From the NCBI GenBank assembly GCA_964528715.1, contig CAZGTR010000001.1:1-40674 (forward strand): a stretch of DNA of 40,674 bases, written 5' to 3'. Positions 9,245 to 19,001 of the stretch are shown here, in pieces; position 1 is the stretch's first letter; each line of letters starts with the position of its first letter. The notes beneath the pieces were generated by a model. It was not told where the DNA came from and searched no databases. It saw only the letters and a list, made by a program, of their open reading frames with translations. The DNA is from an uncultured Oscillospiraceae bacterium. Lineage in GTDB: Bacteria > Bacillota > Clostridia > Oscillospirales > Oscillospiraceae. A program made the translations under genes and the position numbers.

Positions 9245-10279
9245 TCAGAAGCAGCGCTTATTACGCTCTTTCCGGCAATGTTCCTGATTGCCGCAATGGT
9301 AGCAGACCTCGGTGGCGGGATTGAACTCGTTCCGGGCAAATTTCACCAGATTGTCCACCGTGGTGGCGGCGATGTTGTCCAGGGCCTCCTGGGTCAAAAA
9401 TGCCTGGTGGGAGGAAACGATCACATTGGGCATGGAGATCAGCCGCACCAGCTTATCATCCTGGATGATGTGACCGGAATTGTCCTCGTAGAACAGATCC
9501 GCTTCTTCTTCGTACACATCCAGACCGGCTGCGCCGATCTTCTCGGTGCGCAGACCGTCGATGAGCGCATCGGTGTCAACCAGACCGCCCCGGGAGGTAT
9601 TGATGATAGTCACGCCCTTTTTCATCTTGGACACGGCGTCGCTGTTGATGATGTGCCGGGTCTCGTCTGTCAGGGGGCAGTGGAGGGAGATGACATCGCT
9701 TCTTGCCAGCAGCTCATCCAGCTCCACATAGTTGAGATCAGAATTGGGAATGGGGAACTTGTCGTAGCACAGGATGTTCATGCCAAAGCCCTTGCAGATG
9801 TCGATGAAGATCCGACCAATCTTACCGGTGCCGATGATACCGACGGTCTTGCCGTGCAGATCGAAGCCACACAGACCGGACAGGGAGAAGTTGAAGTCCC
9901 GGGTGCGGATATAGGCCTTGTGGATGTGGCGATTCAGCGTCAGCAACAGCGCCATGGCGTGCTCCGCAACGGCATAGGGAGAGTAAGCGGGGACACGGAA
10001 AATGTGGATCTTGCCGAAGCAGGCCCGGGCGTCAACGTTGTTAAAACCAGCGCAGCGCAGGGCGATGACCCGCACGCCGTACTCGTAGAGCTTGTTCACC
10101 ACGGCCTCGTTGACGGTGTCGTTGACGAATACGCACACGCCGTCAAAACCGGCGGCAAGGGATACGGTGTCCTCGTTCAGGTGGGTCTCGAAGTACTTGA
10201 CCTCCCAATCGGTGTCCTTCAGGTACCGGTCAAAGCCGGGGATGTCATAGGGTTTTGCGTCGAAGAAAGCTAGCTTCAT
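9245..10279 (-). CDS. ldhA: D-lactate dehydrogenase / D-2-hydroxyacid dehydrogenase
   Basis: ALRCAGFNNVD, RVPAYSPYAVAEH, GTGKIG, LHCPLT, INTSRG, LDVYEEE, HQAFLT. Start ATG 10279 follows AAGGAG. Confidence 0.88.
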   Translation of the reverse strand: MKLAFFDAKPYDIPGFDRYLKDTDWEVKYFETHLNEDTVSLAAGFDGVCVFVNDTVNEAVVNKLYEYGVRVIALRCAGFNNVDARACFGKIHIFRVPAYSPYAVAEHAMALLLTLNRHIHKAYIRTRDFNFSLSGLCGFDLHGKTVGIIGTGKIGRIFIDICKGFGMNILCYDKFPIPNSDLNYVELDELLARSDVISLHCPLTDETRHIINSDAVSKMKKGVTIINTSRGGLVDTDALIDGLRTEKIGAAGLDVYEEEADLFYEDNSGHIIQDDKLVRLISMPNVIVSSHQAFLTQEALDNIAATTVDNLVKFARNEFNPATEVCYHCGNQEHCRKERNKRCF

Positions 10280-10304
10280 AGTAATCACTCCTTTTGTATC
10301 GATA

Positions 10305-10333
10305 ATAATACACTGATATAGTTCAAATGTCAA
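10305..10333 (-). promoter_or_regulatory. SigA promoter of the D-LDH gene
   Basis: TTGACA-17 bp-TATTAT. Confidence 0.7.
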
Positions 10334-10414
10334 TACCTTTTTTCATATTCCCGAAAAAAAGAATTTTATGTACAATCGGCGCAAACTATGATAAAATGAG
10401 TACGAGGTGTTGAT

Positions 10415-10822
10415 ATGAAAGAACTGATCAAGAAGCACGCCGATGTGCTGAGCTATTTGATTTTTGGCGGACTGACCACCGCCGTGAATTATCTGATCTA
10501 TTTGCCCTGCTATAATATCTTGCACTGGGATGCCAGCGTCAGCAATATGGCGGCTTGGGTGGTTTCCGTTGCCTTCGCATTTTTGACCAACAAGCCCTTT
10601 GTGTTCAAGAGCCACGATTGGTCTGCAAAAGTGGTCTTGCCAGAGCTTTCCAAGTTTCTGGGCTGCCGGGTGGGTTCCGGGGTGCTGGAGACGGCGATCA
10701 TTTTTATCACCGTGGATCTTGCCCATTGGAATGGCAACTGGATGAAGCTGTTTACTGCGGTGCTAGTTGTTGTTTTGAACTACTTCGGTAGCAAATTGCT
10801 GGTTTTTAAAAAGGAAAAGTAA
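10415..10822 (+). CDS. GtrA family membrane protein (lipid-linked sugar translocase-like)
   Basis: 135 aa with about 4 TM segments; YLIFGGLTTAVN, FAFLTNKPFVF, NYFGSKLLVF. Confidence 0.9.
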   Translation: MKELIKKHADVLSYLIFGGLTTAVNYLIYLPCYNILHWDASVSNMAAWVVSVAFAFLTNKPFVFKSHDWSAKVVLPELSKFLGCRVGSGVLETAIIFITVDLAHWNGNWMKLFTAVLVVVLNYFGSKLLVFKKEK

Positions 10823-10823
10823 G

Positions 10824-10855
10824 AAAAAGTCCGTGGCAAAAGCCACGGACTTTTT
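10824..10855. terminator. Bidirectional intrinsic terminator (end of aro operon and gtrA)
   Basis: AAAAAGTCCGTGGC-AAAA-GCCACGGACTTTTT, a perfect inverted repeat. Confidence 0.9.
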
Positions 10856-11288
10856 ATGCGCCGTATTTCTCTTTTAGGTAGAGGATCGCCTGGCGGTAAC
10901 CGTCGATCCCATGACCTTTGATGGTTTTTTCACAATACATCCCCGGATAGGATATCTGCCGGAAGGGCTCCCGGGCATCCACATCGGAGATATGGACCTC
11001 CACGGCGGGAATGGACACGGCTTTCAGGGCATCCAAAATGGCGACGGAGGTATGGGTATAGGCGGCGGGGTTGATGACGATACCGTCAAATTTCCCATAG
11101 GCCTGCTGGATGGTGTCCACGATGGCCCCTTCATGGTTGGACTGGAAGTGCTGGATCTCGATATCCAGTGCATTGCCGGTCTGCTCCAGCAGGGCCAGCA
11201 GATCTTCGTAAGAGTTTTTGCCGTAGATACCCGGCTCCCGAATGCCCAGCATATTGATGTTGGGGCCGTTGATCACGAGAATGTTCAT
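10854..11288 (-). CDS. aroQ: Type II 3-dehydroquinate dehydratase
   Basis: NGPNINMLGIREPGIYG, QSNHEG, INPAAYTHTS, EVHIS. ATG 11288 overlaps the upstream stop. Confidence 0.97.
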   Translation of the reverse strand: MNILVINGPNINMLGIREPGIYGKNSYEDLLALLEQTGNALDIEIQHFQSNHEGAIVDTIQQAYGKFDGIVINPAAYTHTSVAILDALKAVSIPAVEVHISDVDAREPFRQISYPGMYCEKTIKGHGIDGYRQAILYLKEKYGA

Positions 11289-12511
11289 TTGCGTTCCTCC
11301 CATTGCTTCAATATGGCGGCAACGGTGGTGTCCACGCCGCCGTTGTTGTCCACGTGGACATCCGCAAACCGGTCATACAGGGGCTTTCGAACCCGGTAAA
11401 GCTCCGAAAGAGCCGTGGCCTGGGACAGGGGGCGGCCCTCTGTTGCCAGGGCGTTCAGATCCCGATGGAGACAGAAGATCTGACCGTTCTGGTGCAGCAG
11501 CGGGTAATTTTCTACCCGGGTGACACAGCCACCCCCGGTGGCGATGACCAGGCCGGACTGTTTGCCCAGCTCTGACAGCACGCTGGTCTCCAAGGCTCGG
11601 AATGCAGCTTCTCCCTGTTTTTCGAAAATTTCCGGGATGGAAATGCCGGCCTTTTGGGCGATGGCTTCGTCTGCATCCACAAAATGCTTGCCGGTTTTGT
11701 CTGCCAGCAGGCGACCGACGGTGGATTTGCCGCTGCCGGGCATCCCGATGAGGATGATATTTTCCATCTGGTTGCGCAGAAGGTGGTAGATCTTGGAAAT
11801 GGCATTTTCGTCCAGGGAATGCCCGGAAAACCACTGGGCGCTTTCCCATGCCTGGGCCACCAACATTTCAAGGCCGTTGGCGGTGACAAGGCCCAGCCCT
11901 TCCGCTTCCAGAAGCAGTGCTGTCCGGGCGGGATTGTAGATGATGTCCAGCACGCCCTCCAGCTTGGGAAAGCCGGAAAGAGACAGGGGCGCAAGGCCGG
12001 TATCCGGGTACATCCCCACGGGAGTTGCATTGACGATGAGGGCCGCATCGGCGTGCCGGTGGAGATTTTGATAGTTGTTTTCACCGGAGCGGGAGATGAC
12101 TACTACATGAGCGCCCAGTTCTTCTAACACGGCGACAGCTGTGTTAGAAGCGCCGCCGCTGCCCAAAACCAGCGCCTTTTTCCCGGAAACGGAAAGCCCG
12201 GTGCGGCGCACCATGGTCTCAAAACCGAAATAGTCGGTGTTATGCCCCAGCAAAGAGCCGTCCGGCTGCCGCACGATGGTGTTCACCGCCCCCAGCTTTG
12301 CCGCAATGGGCGTTAGTTCCCGGCAGTAGGGGATGACCGCTTTTTTATAGGGAACTGTGACATTGAGCCCATGAAAGGCATCGCTTTTGAGAAATGTATC
12401 CAGCTCCTCCGGCTCTGTGGGAAACAGATCGTATGAGTAGCTCCCCAGATGGCTGTGGATCTGGGGGGAATAGCTGTGGGTCAGGTGACGGCCCAATAAC
12501 CCGCAGCGCAT
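11285..12511 (-). CDS. aroE: Fused shikimate dehydrogenase / shikimate kinase (AroE-AroK)
   Basis: N-terminal HSYSP..H, NVTVPYK, AVNT, NTD and GSGGA motifs; C-terminal IGMPGSGKST Walker A, FRALET, ATGGG. Confidence 0.93.
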   Translation of the reverse strand: MRCGLLGRHLTHSYSPQIHSHLGSYSYDLFPTEPEELDTFLKSDAFHGLNVTVPYKKAVIPYCRELTPIAAKLGAVNTIVRQPDGSLLGHNTDYFGFETMVRRTGLSVSGKKALVLGSGGASNTAVAVLEELGAHVVVISRSGENNYQNLHRHADAALIVNATPVGMYPDTGLAPLSLSGFPKLEGVLDIIYNPARTALLLEAEGLGLVTANGLEMLVAQAWESAQWFSGHSLDENAISKIYHLLRNQMENIILIGMPGSGKSTVGRLLADKTGKHFVDADEAIAQKAGISIPEIFEKQGEAAFRALETSVLSELGKQSGLVIATGGGCVTRVENYPLLHQNGQIFCLHRDLNALATEGRPLSQATALSELYRVRKPLYDRFADVHVDNNGGVDTTVAAILKQWEERK

Positions 12512-13653
12512 TACACGACCTCGCAGTAGCTGCCCAGATACTTAAATTCCTCGCACAATTCATCCAGCTCGCACATCAGCTGCACGAATTCCTCGGAATA
12601 GATGGAGGTGTCCAGATCAAAGTAGAACATGAACTCAAAATCACGGTCCGGAATGGGGCGGGATTCCAGCTTGGTCACGTTAATGCCCAGCACATAGAGC
12701 CGGGCCAGTACACGGTACAGGGCACCGGGACGGTGATTCAGCACCATCATGATACTGGTCTTATCGGAGCCGGGGTAGATCTCCAGATTTTTGCTGATAC
12801 AAATGAACCGGGTGCGGTTATTGTCCTTGTCCTGGATGGAGGTGGCCAGATTTACAAGGCCGTACAGCTCCATGCAGTTGCGGCTGCTGATGGCAGCAAC
12901 GTCGGTACGTCCGGAACGGGCGACCATTTCAGCTGCAACAGCAGTGTTTTCAACCGGGATGATCTTTACACCGGTAAGCGTGCTCAGAAATGCGCTGCAC
13001 TGGCTGATGGCCTGCTCGTGGGAGTAGATCTCCTTGATATTTGCCAGGGTAGCGCCGGGAGCAGCCAGCAGGTTGTGATCGATCTTCAGACGGAAGGTGC
13101 GCACGATGGAGAAGTTATGCTTGATCATCAAATCATAAACCTTTTTAACGGAACCGGCGGTGGAGTTCTCAATGGGGAGAATACCATACTGGCACAGCCC
13201 CTGCTCAATGGCAGTGAAGATTCCCTCAAAATTCTTGAAATACATGATCATGGGGCTTTGGAACATTTTCTCACAGGCGATTTGGGCATAAGAGCCCTCT
13301 ACGCCCTGGCAGGCCACCATGGGTGCCTTGGGGAACAGCTTGGGTGTATTCTCAATGGAGTCTGTGATCTGGCGATACAAGGCAGATACGGTGTTGTTGC
13401 GCTTGCTTTGGTAGCTACGGCTCAGCTCAAAGAGCATGGAGTAGAGTACCCGGGTGTAATTGTCCATCTCAGGCCCGGCCTGCTTGGCGACAGCCTGGAG
13501 CTTTTCCCGCTCCCGGGCCGGGACGAATACCGGCATATCGTGGGCTTTTTTGTAGTCCGCAATGCCGGCAGAGACGGCCATTCGTTTGGCAAACAGCTCC
13601 ACCAGTTGGTCGTCGATTTGGTCGATCTGCTCTCGAAGTTCTTGAATATCCAT
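12511..13653 (-). CDS. pheA: Chorismate mutase / prephenate dehydratase with ACT domain
   Basis: LREQIDQID chorismate mutase domain, PIENSTAG, NRTRF, NVTKLESRP. Confidence 0.96.
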   Translation of the reverse strand: MDIQELREQIDQIDDQLVELFAKRMAVSAGIADYKKAHDMPVFVPAREREKLQAVAKQAGPEMDNYTRVLYSMLFELSRSYQSKRNNTVSALYRQITDSIENTPKLFPKAPMVACQGVEGSYAQIACEKMFQSPMIMYFKNFEGIFTAIEQGLCQYGILPIENSTAGSVKKVYDLMIKHNFSIVRTFRLKIDHNLLAAPGATLANIKEIYSHEQAISQCSAFLSTLTGVKIIPVENTAVAAEMVARSGRTDVAAISSRNCMELYGLVNLATSIQDKDNNRTRFICISKNLEIYPGSDKTSIMMVLNHRPGALYRVLARLYVLGINVTKLESRPIPDRDFEFMFYFDLDTSIYSEEFVQLMCELDELCEEFKYLGSYCEVV

Positions 13654-13656
13654 GGT

Positions 13657-14745
13657 TTATTTCCTCCTGTTTGTCTGGGTGTTGCCCAGGATCATGTCAA
13701 AAATCGCAATGGCTGCGGCTGCCTCTATCACGGGCACCGCCCTGGGAACGATACAAGGATCATGCCGCCCCTGCACGGTCAAAACCGTGTTCTCCATCCG
13801 TACCAGAGAAATGCTCTGTTGCTGGCGAGCAATGGAGGGGGTAGCTTTGAGTGTCACGTCGAACAGCAGGGGCATTGCATTGGTAATTCCACCCAAAATG
13901 CCACCGCAGTGATTGGTGACGGTCTTCACTTCATTGTTTTCAATTTCGAAGGGGTCGTTGCTTTCGCTGCCCAGATGAGCGGCAAAAGTTTCGCTCCAAC
14001 CAAATCCAACATTTTTCACGGCGGGGATGCCGTAGACGATTTGGGCGATGCGGCTTTCCACGCCACCGAACATGGGCTCTCCCAGCCCGGCAGGAAGTCC
14101 GGTGACAGCACATTCAATGCGCCCCCCCACGCTGTCACCCAGTGCTTTGACCCGTGCGATCTCGTCGAGAAAAACTTCAGCGCTTTCGGCTGTCAGTGTG
14201 GGGAAGATGCGCCCGACTCGGTCCAGCTGGGGTTCCGACGGGTCGAACCGGGGAGCGCAGTGTGCACCGATCTGGATGATGTGCGCACCAATATGAATGC
14301 CCATCTCTGCCAGCCATTGCTTACATAGTCCACCGGCAATGCACAGAGGGGCAGTTAGCCGACCGGAAAAGTGACCACCACCGGCGCTGTCTTGAAAACC
14401 GCCGTATTTGATCTGAGCGGTATAATCTGCATGGCCCGGACGGGGGCAGTCTTTCAGATCGTTATAATCTGAGGAACGGGTGTTGGTGTTGCGAATGATG
14501 GCGGCGATGGGGGCACCACAGGTAAAGCCGTCCTGCACGCCGGAGAGAAATTCCGGAATGTCTGCTTCTTTCCGGGGTGTGGTGTGATCACCATGTCCCG
14601 GTGCCCGGCGTGAAAGAAAGGACTGCAATTCTTCCGTGTCCACGGATAGCCCCGCTGGAATGCCGTCCAGCGTCATGCCGATGGCGGCACCGTGAGATTG
14701 TCCGAAAATGGAAAGCTTCAAATTTTCACCGTAGGTACTGCTCAT
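13657..14745 (-). CDS. aroC: Chorismate synthase
   Basis: FGQSHG, RPGHAD, GGGHFSGRLT, TNHCGGILGG, GRHDPC. Confidence 0.97.
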   Translation of the reverse strand: MSSTYGENLKLSIFGQSHGAAIGMTLDGIPAGLSVDTEELQSFLSRRAPGHGDHTTPRKEADIPEFLSGVQDGFTCGAPIAAIIRNTNTRSSDYNDLKDCPRPGHADYTAQIKYGGFQDSAGGGHFSGRLTAPLCIAGGLCKQWLAEMGIHIGAHIIQIGAHCAPRFDPSEPQLDRVGRIFPTLTAESAEVFLDEIARVKALGDSVGGRIECAVTGLPAGLGEPMFGGVESRIAQIVYGIPAVKNVGFGWSETFAAHLGSESNDPFEIENNEVKTVTNHCGGILGGITNAMPLLFDVTLKATPSIARQQQSISLVRMENTVLTVQGRHDPCIVPRAVPVIEAAAAIAIFDMILGNTQTNRRK

Positions 14746-15916
14746 AATATCCTCCTAACCGGCGGTATTCCTCCCAAAATTGGGGATACGATTTATTTAC
14801 AGCCTGGGCACCCAAAATGGTCACGGGCTCCCGGGAAATCGTGGCGGCGATGGCGGCAGCCATGGCAATGCGGTGATCGTTGCACGTATCCACCGTGCCG
14901 CCCAGAAGCCCGGTGCCAAGAACAGTCAAGGTGTTTTCGTCTGCATACGCCTTGCCGCCTAAGTGGGTGATCATGGCAATGACGGAAGTCACCCGGTCGG
15001 ACTCTTTCAGCCGCAGGCGGCGGATATCCGTGAACACGGCACCGTGACAGGCAGCCGCCGTAACTGCCAGAATGGGCACCAGATCCGGAATGTCGGCAGC
15101 AGATATTTCGGCATTTCCGGCAGATAGAGCCGGCAGCAGTGTCGCTGCGGTACGATCACCTTGGGGAGAATCCGCTGCAAGTCCCCGGATATCCAGGTCG
15201 CTTCCCAGTGTATTTGCCGCCAGGAAGAAGGCACCGTTGCTCCAGTCGCCCTCCACGGTCAGCACCCCGGGGGAGCGGAAGTGCTGACTGCCAAGGGGCT
15301 GTGTCGAGACCCCAAAGCGGCTGAGCGCTTCTTCCGTCATGCGCACATAGGGCGCCGATTCCAGTTTGCCGGTGACGGTGAGCTGGCTTTCCTTTTCCAA
15401 AAGGGAGAGGGCCAGCAGAAGACCGGTGATAAATTGGCTGGATACGCCGCCGTCGATTCGGTATTGACCGGGGGAAAGCTTTCCCTGACAGCGGACAGTG
15501 TCCGTTGTGGGGCGGGTGAGGGTGCAGCCCATGCGCTCCATTTCCTCCCACAATGGAGAAAGGGGACGCTTGGGAAGCCGGCCTTTCATATAAAAGGTCG
15601 TATCCACGCCCAAAGCACCGACTACCGGAAGCAAAAAACGCAATGTTGAACCACTTTCACCGCAGGGAAGGGTCGCTTTCTCCGGTAAAACAGTCACAGG
15701 TGTGACCCAATAGCCATCTTCCGTGGGGACGATCTGTGCGCCCAGTGCATTTAGGCAGGCGGCAGTGGCCTCAATATCTTGATTGGAAGCCGGGCAGATC
15801 AAATGGGTGGAGGAGTCAGCAAAAGCGGCACAGATCAAGTAGCGGTGCGCCTGGGATTTGGAGGGGATGATATTCAGCTTACCCCGGAGAAGTCGGGGCT
15901 GGATGGTAATGTCCAT
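14726..15916 (-). CDS. aroA: EPSP synthase
   Basis: PSKSQAHR, CGESGSTLRF, SSQFITGLL, LRLKESDR, NDHRIAM, KSYPQF. Start ATG 15916. Confidence 0.96.
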   Translation of the reverse strand: MDITIQPRLLRGKLNIIPSKSQAHRYLICAAFADSSTHLICPASNQDIEATAACLNALGAQIVPTEDGYWVTPVTVLPEKATLPCGESGSTLRFLLPVVGALGVDTTFYMKGRLPKRPLSPLWEEMERMGCTLTRPTTDTVRCQGKLSPGQYRIDGGVSSQFITGLLLALSLLEKESQLTVTGKLESAPYVRMTEEALSRFGVSTQPLGSQHFRSPGVLTVEGDWSNGAFFLAANTLGSDLDIRGLAADSPQGDRTAATLLPALSAGNAEISAADIPDLVPILAVTAAACHGAVFTDIRRLRLKESDRVTSVIAMITHLGGKAYADENTLTVLGTGLLGGTVDTCNDHRIAMAAAIAATISREPVTILGAQAVNKSYPQFWEEYRRLGGYYEQYLR

Positions 15917-15917
15917 A

Positions 15918-16970
15918 TCAAAGACCTGCCTCAATAAATGCTTTAACTTCATCCACCGGTGTTGGGCGGATGGAACAGACACCGATCTGTTCCGGAACGA
16001 TGAGGTTTACCGTGCCGCCGGTGCGTTTTTTGTCGGAAAGGGTTGCTTCGTAAAGGACCTGTGTGTCGTATTCGGTGCGGATCGGAAGGCAAAAATGTTC
16101 CAAAATACCAACGATCCGGTGCGCTGTCTCTGGGGCACAAATGCCGAGTTTTGCACTGGAGCGGCTGACAATGGCCATACCGATGGCCACGGCGCTGCCG
16201 TGGGAAACGGCAAAGTCACTGGCCTTTTCCACACCATGACCGATGGTGTGGCCCAAATTTAGCTTCATCCGAAGTCCGGTGTCAAATTCGTCCTGCGCAA
16301 CCACGTCCCGCTTCAGCTCCACGCACCGGGCAATGACCTCCTCCCGGGAAAAGTCTGGACCGGTCTGCTCCAGGGAGGTAAACAGGGCTTCGTCGTACAG
16401 TACGCCGTATTTGAGGACCTCGGCGCAGCCGTCCCGGAAGATCTCCGAGGGCAGGGTATTCAGGGTATCCGTGTCACACAGCACCAAGCTGGGCTGATAG
16501 AATGCTCCTGCCAGGTTTTTTCCGGCGGGCAGATCGATGGCGGTCTTGCCGCCTACGGAGGAGTCCACCGCTGCCAGCAGCGTGGTGGGCACCTGGATGT
16601 ACGCAATGCCCCGCAGATAGGTAGCGGCGGCAAAGCCAGTGAGGTCTCCCACAACGCCGCCGCCCAGAGCAATGAGGCAGTCGGAGCGGGTCACATGGTG
16701 CGCTGCAAGATCATTGAGTAGGGAGAGGTAGGTGTTTCCATTTTTGCTCTCCTCTCCGGCGGGGATGACGTGTGTCAGGACGGAAAAGCCTGCTTCATGT
16801 AAAGAATGCGTTACTTTTTCACCGTACAGAGGGTACACACGGCTATCGCTGACCACCACGGCGGTGGTGCCTTTGGACACGGCGGAGACTTCCTGCCCAA
16901 TTTGGAAAAGCAGGCCATTGCCAATCTTTACATCATAGCTTTTGGATGCGTTGACATGGATGGTTTTCAT
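15918..16970 (-). CDS. aroB: 3-dehydroquinate synthase
   Basis: GEESK, ALGGGVVGDLTGFAAATYLRG, PTTLLAAVDSSVGGKT, LNLGHTIGH. Confidence 0.97.
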   Translation of the reverse strand: MKTIHVNASKSYDVKIGNGLLFQIGQEVSAVSKGTTAVVVSDSRVYPLYGEKVTHSLHEAGFSVLTHVIPAGEESKNGNTYLSLLNDLAAHHVTRSDCLIALGGGVVGDLTGFAAATYLRGIAYIQVPTTLLAAVDSSVGGKTAIDLPAGKNLAGAFYQPSLVLCDTDTLNTLPSEIFRDGCAEVLKYGVLYDEALFTSLEQTGPDFSREEVIARCVELKRDVVAQDEFDTGLRMKLNLGHTIGHGVEKASDFAVSHGSAVAIGMAIVSRSSAKLGICAPETAHRIVGILEHFCLPIRTEYDTQVLYEATLSDKKRTGGTVNLIVPEQIGVCSIRPTPVDEVKAFIEAGL

Positions 16971-17797
16971 CCGTCTACCTCCTCTTTGCGCTGGCGACCT
17001 TCGTTCAAAAGGGTAGTCAATAGCGCAATATCGCCCGTTTCCAGGGCGTTTTTATATTGCTGTAAGCTCTGAATATAGGTGTCCAGCTCAAACAGCATAT
17101 TTTCCCGGTTCTCCATGCACAGCTCTGCCCACATCTGGGGGTGCAGCCAAGCCACCCGTGTCAGATCCTTATAGCTCCCGGCGGAGAAGCCTCTATGATC
17201 AAGGGCTGTGGGGGACTTGATGTAAGCATTGCTCAAAACATGGGGCATTTGGGAAGTAAATGCGATACGCTTATCATGCTCCTGGGCCGTGCAGACGGAG
17301 AAGAAGCCAAAATGGCAAGGTTCCAGAGCGTTTTTTACTCGCTCCAGCAGCTGCATTTCGTCGAATTTTGCAGGAATGAGCACCATAGGCGCACCCTGGA
17401 ACAGATTAGAGCGACTGTATTTAAAGCCGGAAAAATGAGAGCCTGCCATGGGGTGTCCGCCAACAAAGGTAAAACCATATTTTTCTGCCAACGGGAAACA
17501 GCGGCGGCAGATTTCTTCTTTTACACCGCAAAGATCCATCACAAGGGTGTCAGGCTTGACCAAATGTGCATTTTCTTCCAGCCATGCGGCGCTACCTGCC
17601 GGATAGATGGCAAGAAGCAGCAGATCGCAATTGGCAATGGAGCATTCATCCAGGACCCCCTGTACAGCACCGGAGAGCTTTGCAAAGGAGAAAACGCTTA
17701 CGTCTTTTTCGGCGGCCAGTACGGTATGACCAGCTTTGGCATAGGCCCGGGCCATGGAGCCGCCGATAAGCCCAAGACCCAGAATACCGACGGTCAT
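16967..17797 (-). CDS. tyrA: Prephenate dehydrogenase
   Basis: GLGLIGGS, GGHPMAG, HDKRIAFTSQMPH, GSYKDLTRVA. Confidence 0.95.
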   Translation of the reverse strand: MTVGILGLGLIGGSMARAYAKAGHTVLAAEKDVSVFSFAKLSGAVQGVLDECSIANCDLLLLAIYPAGSAAWLEENAHLVKPDTLVMDLCGVKEEICRRCFPLAEKYGFTFVGGHPMAGSHFSGFKYSRSNLFQGAPMVLIPAKFDEMQLLERVKNALEPCHFGFFSVCTAQEHDKRIAFTSQMPHVLSNAYIKSPTALDHRGFSAGSYKDLTRVAWLHPQMWAELCMENRENMLFELDTYIQSLQQYKNALETGDIALLTTLLNEGRQRKEEVDG

Positions 17798-18795
17798 CCT
17801 ACGACCTCACGGATCTCGTTGACCTTGGCGTTGAGCTGTGCGAATTGAGCCGGAGTGATGGATTGTGCACCGTCGCACAATGCGGCAGAGGGGTTGTTGT
17901 GGACTTCCACCATAATGCCGTCCGCACCACAGGCAGCAGCGGCATAGGCCATGGAGGGAACCAGGCGGGCCTTGCCGGTGGCGTGGCTGGGATCGACCAC
18001 AACAGGCAGGTGAGTCAGCTCATGAAGCACCGGCACGGCAGAAAGATCCAGAGTATTGCGGGTGTACGTCTCGAAAGTGCGAACGCCCCGCTCGCAGAGG
18101 ATGACGTTTTCGTTGCCTTCGCTCATGATGTACTCGGCGCTCATGAGAAGTTCCTGCAAGGTGTTTGCAAGGCCACGCTTTAATAAGATGGGCTTGTCCG
18201 TCTTGCCCAGTTCCTTCAGCAGGTCGAAGTTTTGCATATTCCGGGCGCCTACCTGGATCAAGTCCACGTCTGCAAACAGATCAAGGGTGGAAATGTTCAT
18301 GATCTCCGTGACGATAGGCAGGCCGGTGGCTTCCTTTGCTTTCAGCAATAGCTTTAATCCTTCGCCCTTCATGCCCTGGAAGGCGTATGGTGAGGTGCGA
18401 GGCTTGAAGGCACCGCCCCGGAGCATGGTGGCACCGGCGGCTTTGACCGCCTGGGCGACCTCAATGATCTGCGCTTCGGATTCCACGCTGCACGGTCCGG
18501 CGATCATGCCAAAATAGCCGCCGCCGATCCGGGCAGGACCGACTTGGATGATGGAGTCCTTGGGATGGAACTTGCGGTTGGCCTGCTTGAAAGGCTCGGA
18601 GACCCGCTTGACACTTTCCACGATCTCAAGAGAGCTCAATAGTTCCATGTCCACCCGGCTGGTATCACCGATAAGACCGAGAACGGTCACCTCCTGGCCT
18701 GCGGAGATGTGTACATCCAGGTTCATGTGATTCAGCCATTCCACCAAATGCTGTGTTTGCTGCTGGGTGGTGCCCTGTTTCAAAATTGCGATCAT
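17794..18795 (-). CDS. aroF: DAHP synthase (type I-beta) with N-terminal regulatory domain
   Basis: IAGPCSVE, RGGAFKPRTSPY, QVGARNMQNF, LKRG, CERG, DPSH. ATG 18795; TTG 18801 is an alternative. Confidence 0.95.
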   Translation of the reverse strand: MIAILKQGTTQQQTQHLVEWLNHMNLDVHISAGQEVTVLGLIGDTSRVDMELLSSLEIVESVKRVSEPFKQANRKFHPKDSIIQVGPARIGGGYFGMIAGPCSVESEAQIIEVAQAVKAAGATMLRGGAFKPRTSPYAFQGMKGEGLKLLLKAKEATGLPIVTEIMNISTLDLFADVDLIQVGARNMQNFDLLKELGKTDKPILLKRGLANTLQELLMSAEYIMSEGNENVILCERGVRTFETYTRNTLDLSAVPVLHELTHLPVVVDPSHATGKARLVPSMAYAAAACGADGIMVEVHNNPSAALCDGAQSITPAQFAQLNAKVNEIREVVG

Positions 18796-18812
18796 GGTCA
18801 ATCTACTCCTTC

Positions 18813-18851
18813 AAAAAAATAGCGCCGCACGAATGCGAGTCGTGCGGCGCT
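18813..18851 (-). terminator. Attenuator terminator of the aro operon leader
   Basis: RNA AGCGCCGCACGA-CUCGCAU-UCGUGCGGCGCU-A-U7, directly upstream of the aroF RBS. Confidence 0.92.
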
Positions 18852-18903
18852 TTCAAATACAGCTTTGCAAATCCTACTGGAATGTATGCAGCACAAATCG
18901 CTA

Positions 18904-18969
18904 TTACTTTTTCAACATAAAAAAGTAATAGTTAAAAAAGAAAAATGCCACGGAAGCGGGGATCATCAT
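18904..18969 (-). CDS. Phe/Tyr-rich leader peptide MMIPASVAFFFFNYYFFMLKK (21 aa)
   Basis: Manual translation. AGGAGG (18978-18983) lies 8 nt before the ATG; 6 Phe and 2 Tyr fall within 9 codons; tandem stops TAA TAG; sits between promoter and terminator. Confidence 0.9.
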   Translation of the reverse strand: MMIPASVAFFFFNYYFFMLKK

Positions 18970-19001
18970 GATATGAGCCTCCTAAACCAGTAATTACGGT
19001 T

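Noticed and set aside
12394-14328. 644-aa plus-strand ORF
   Set aside because: Antisense shadow of pheA and aroC; no recognisable motifs; expected in GC-rich coding DNA.
18813-19000. T-box riboswitch in the aro leader
   Set aside because: No GGUGGnACC T-box motif was found; the leader-peptide model accounts for all the elements.
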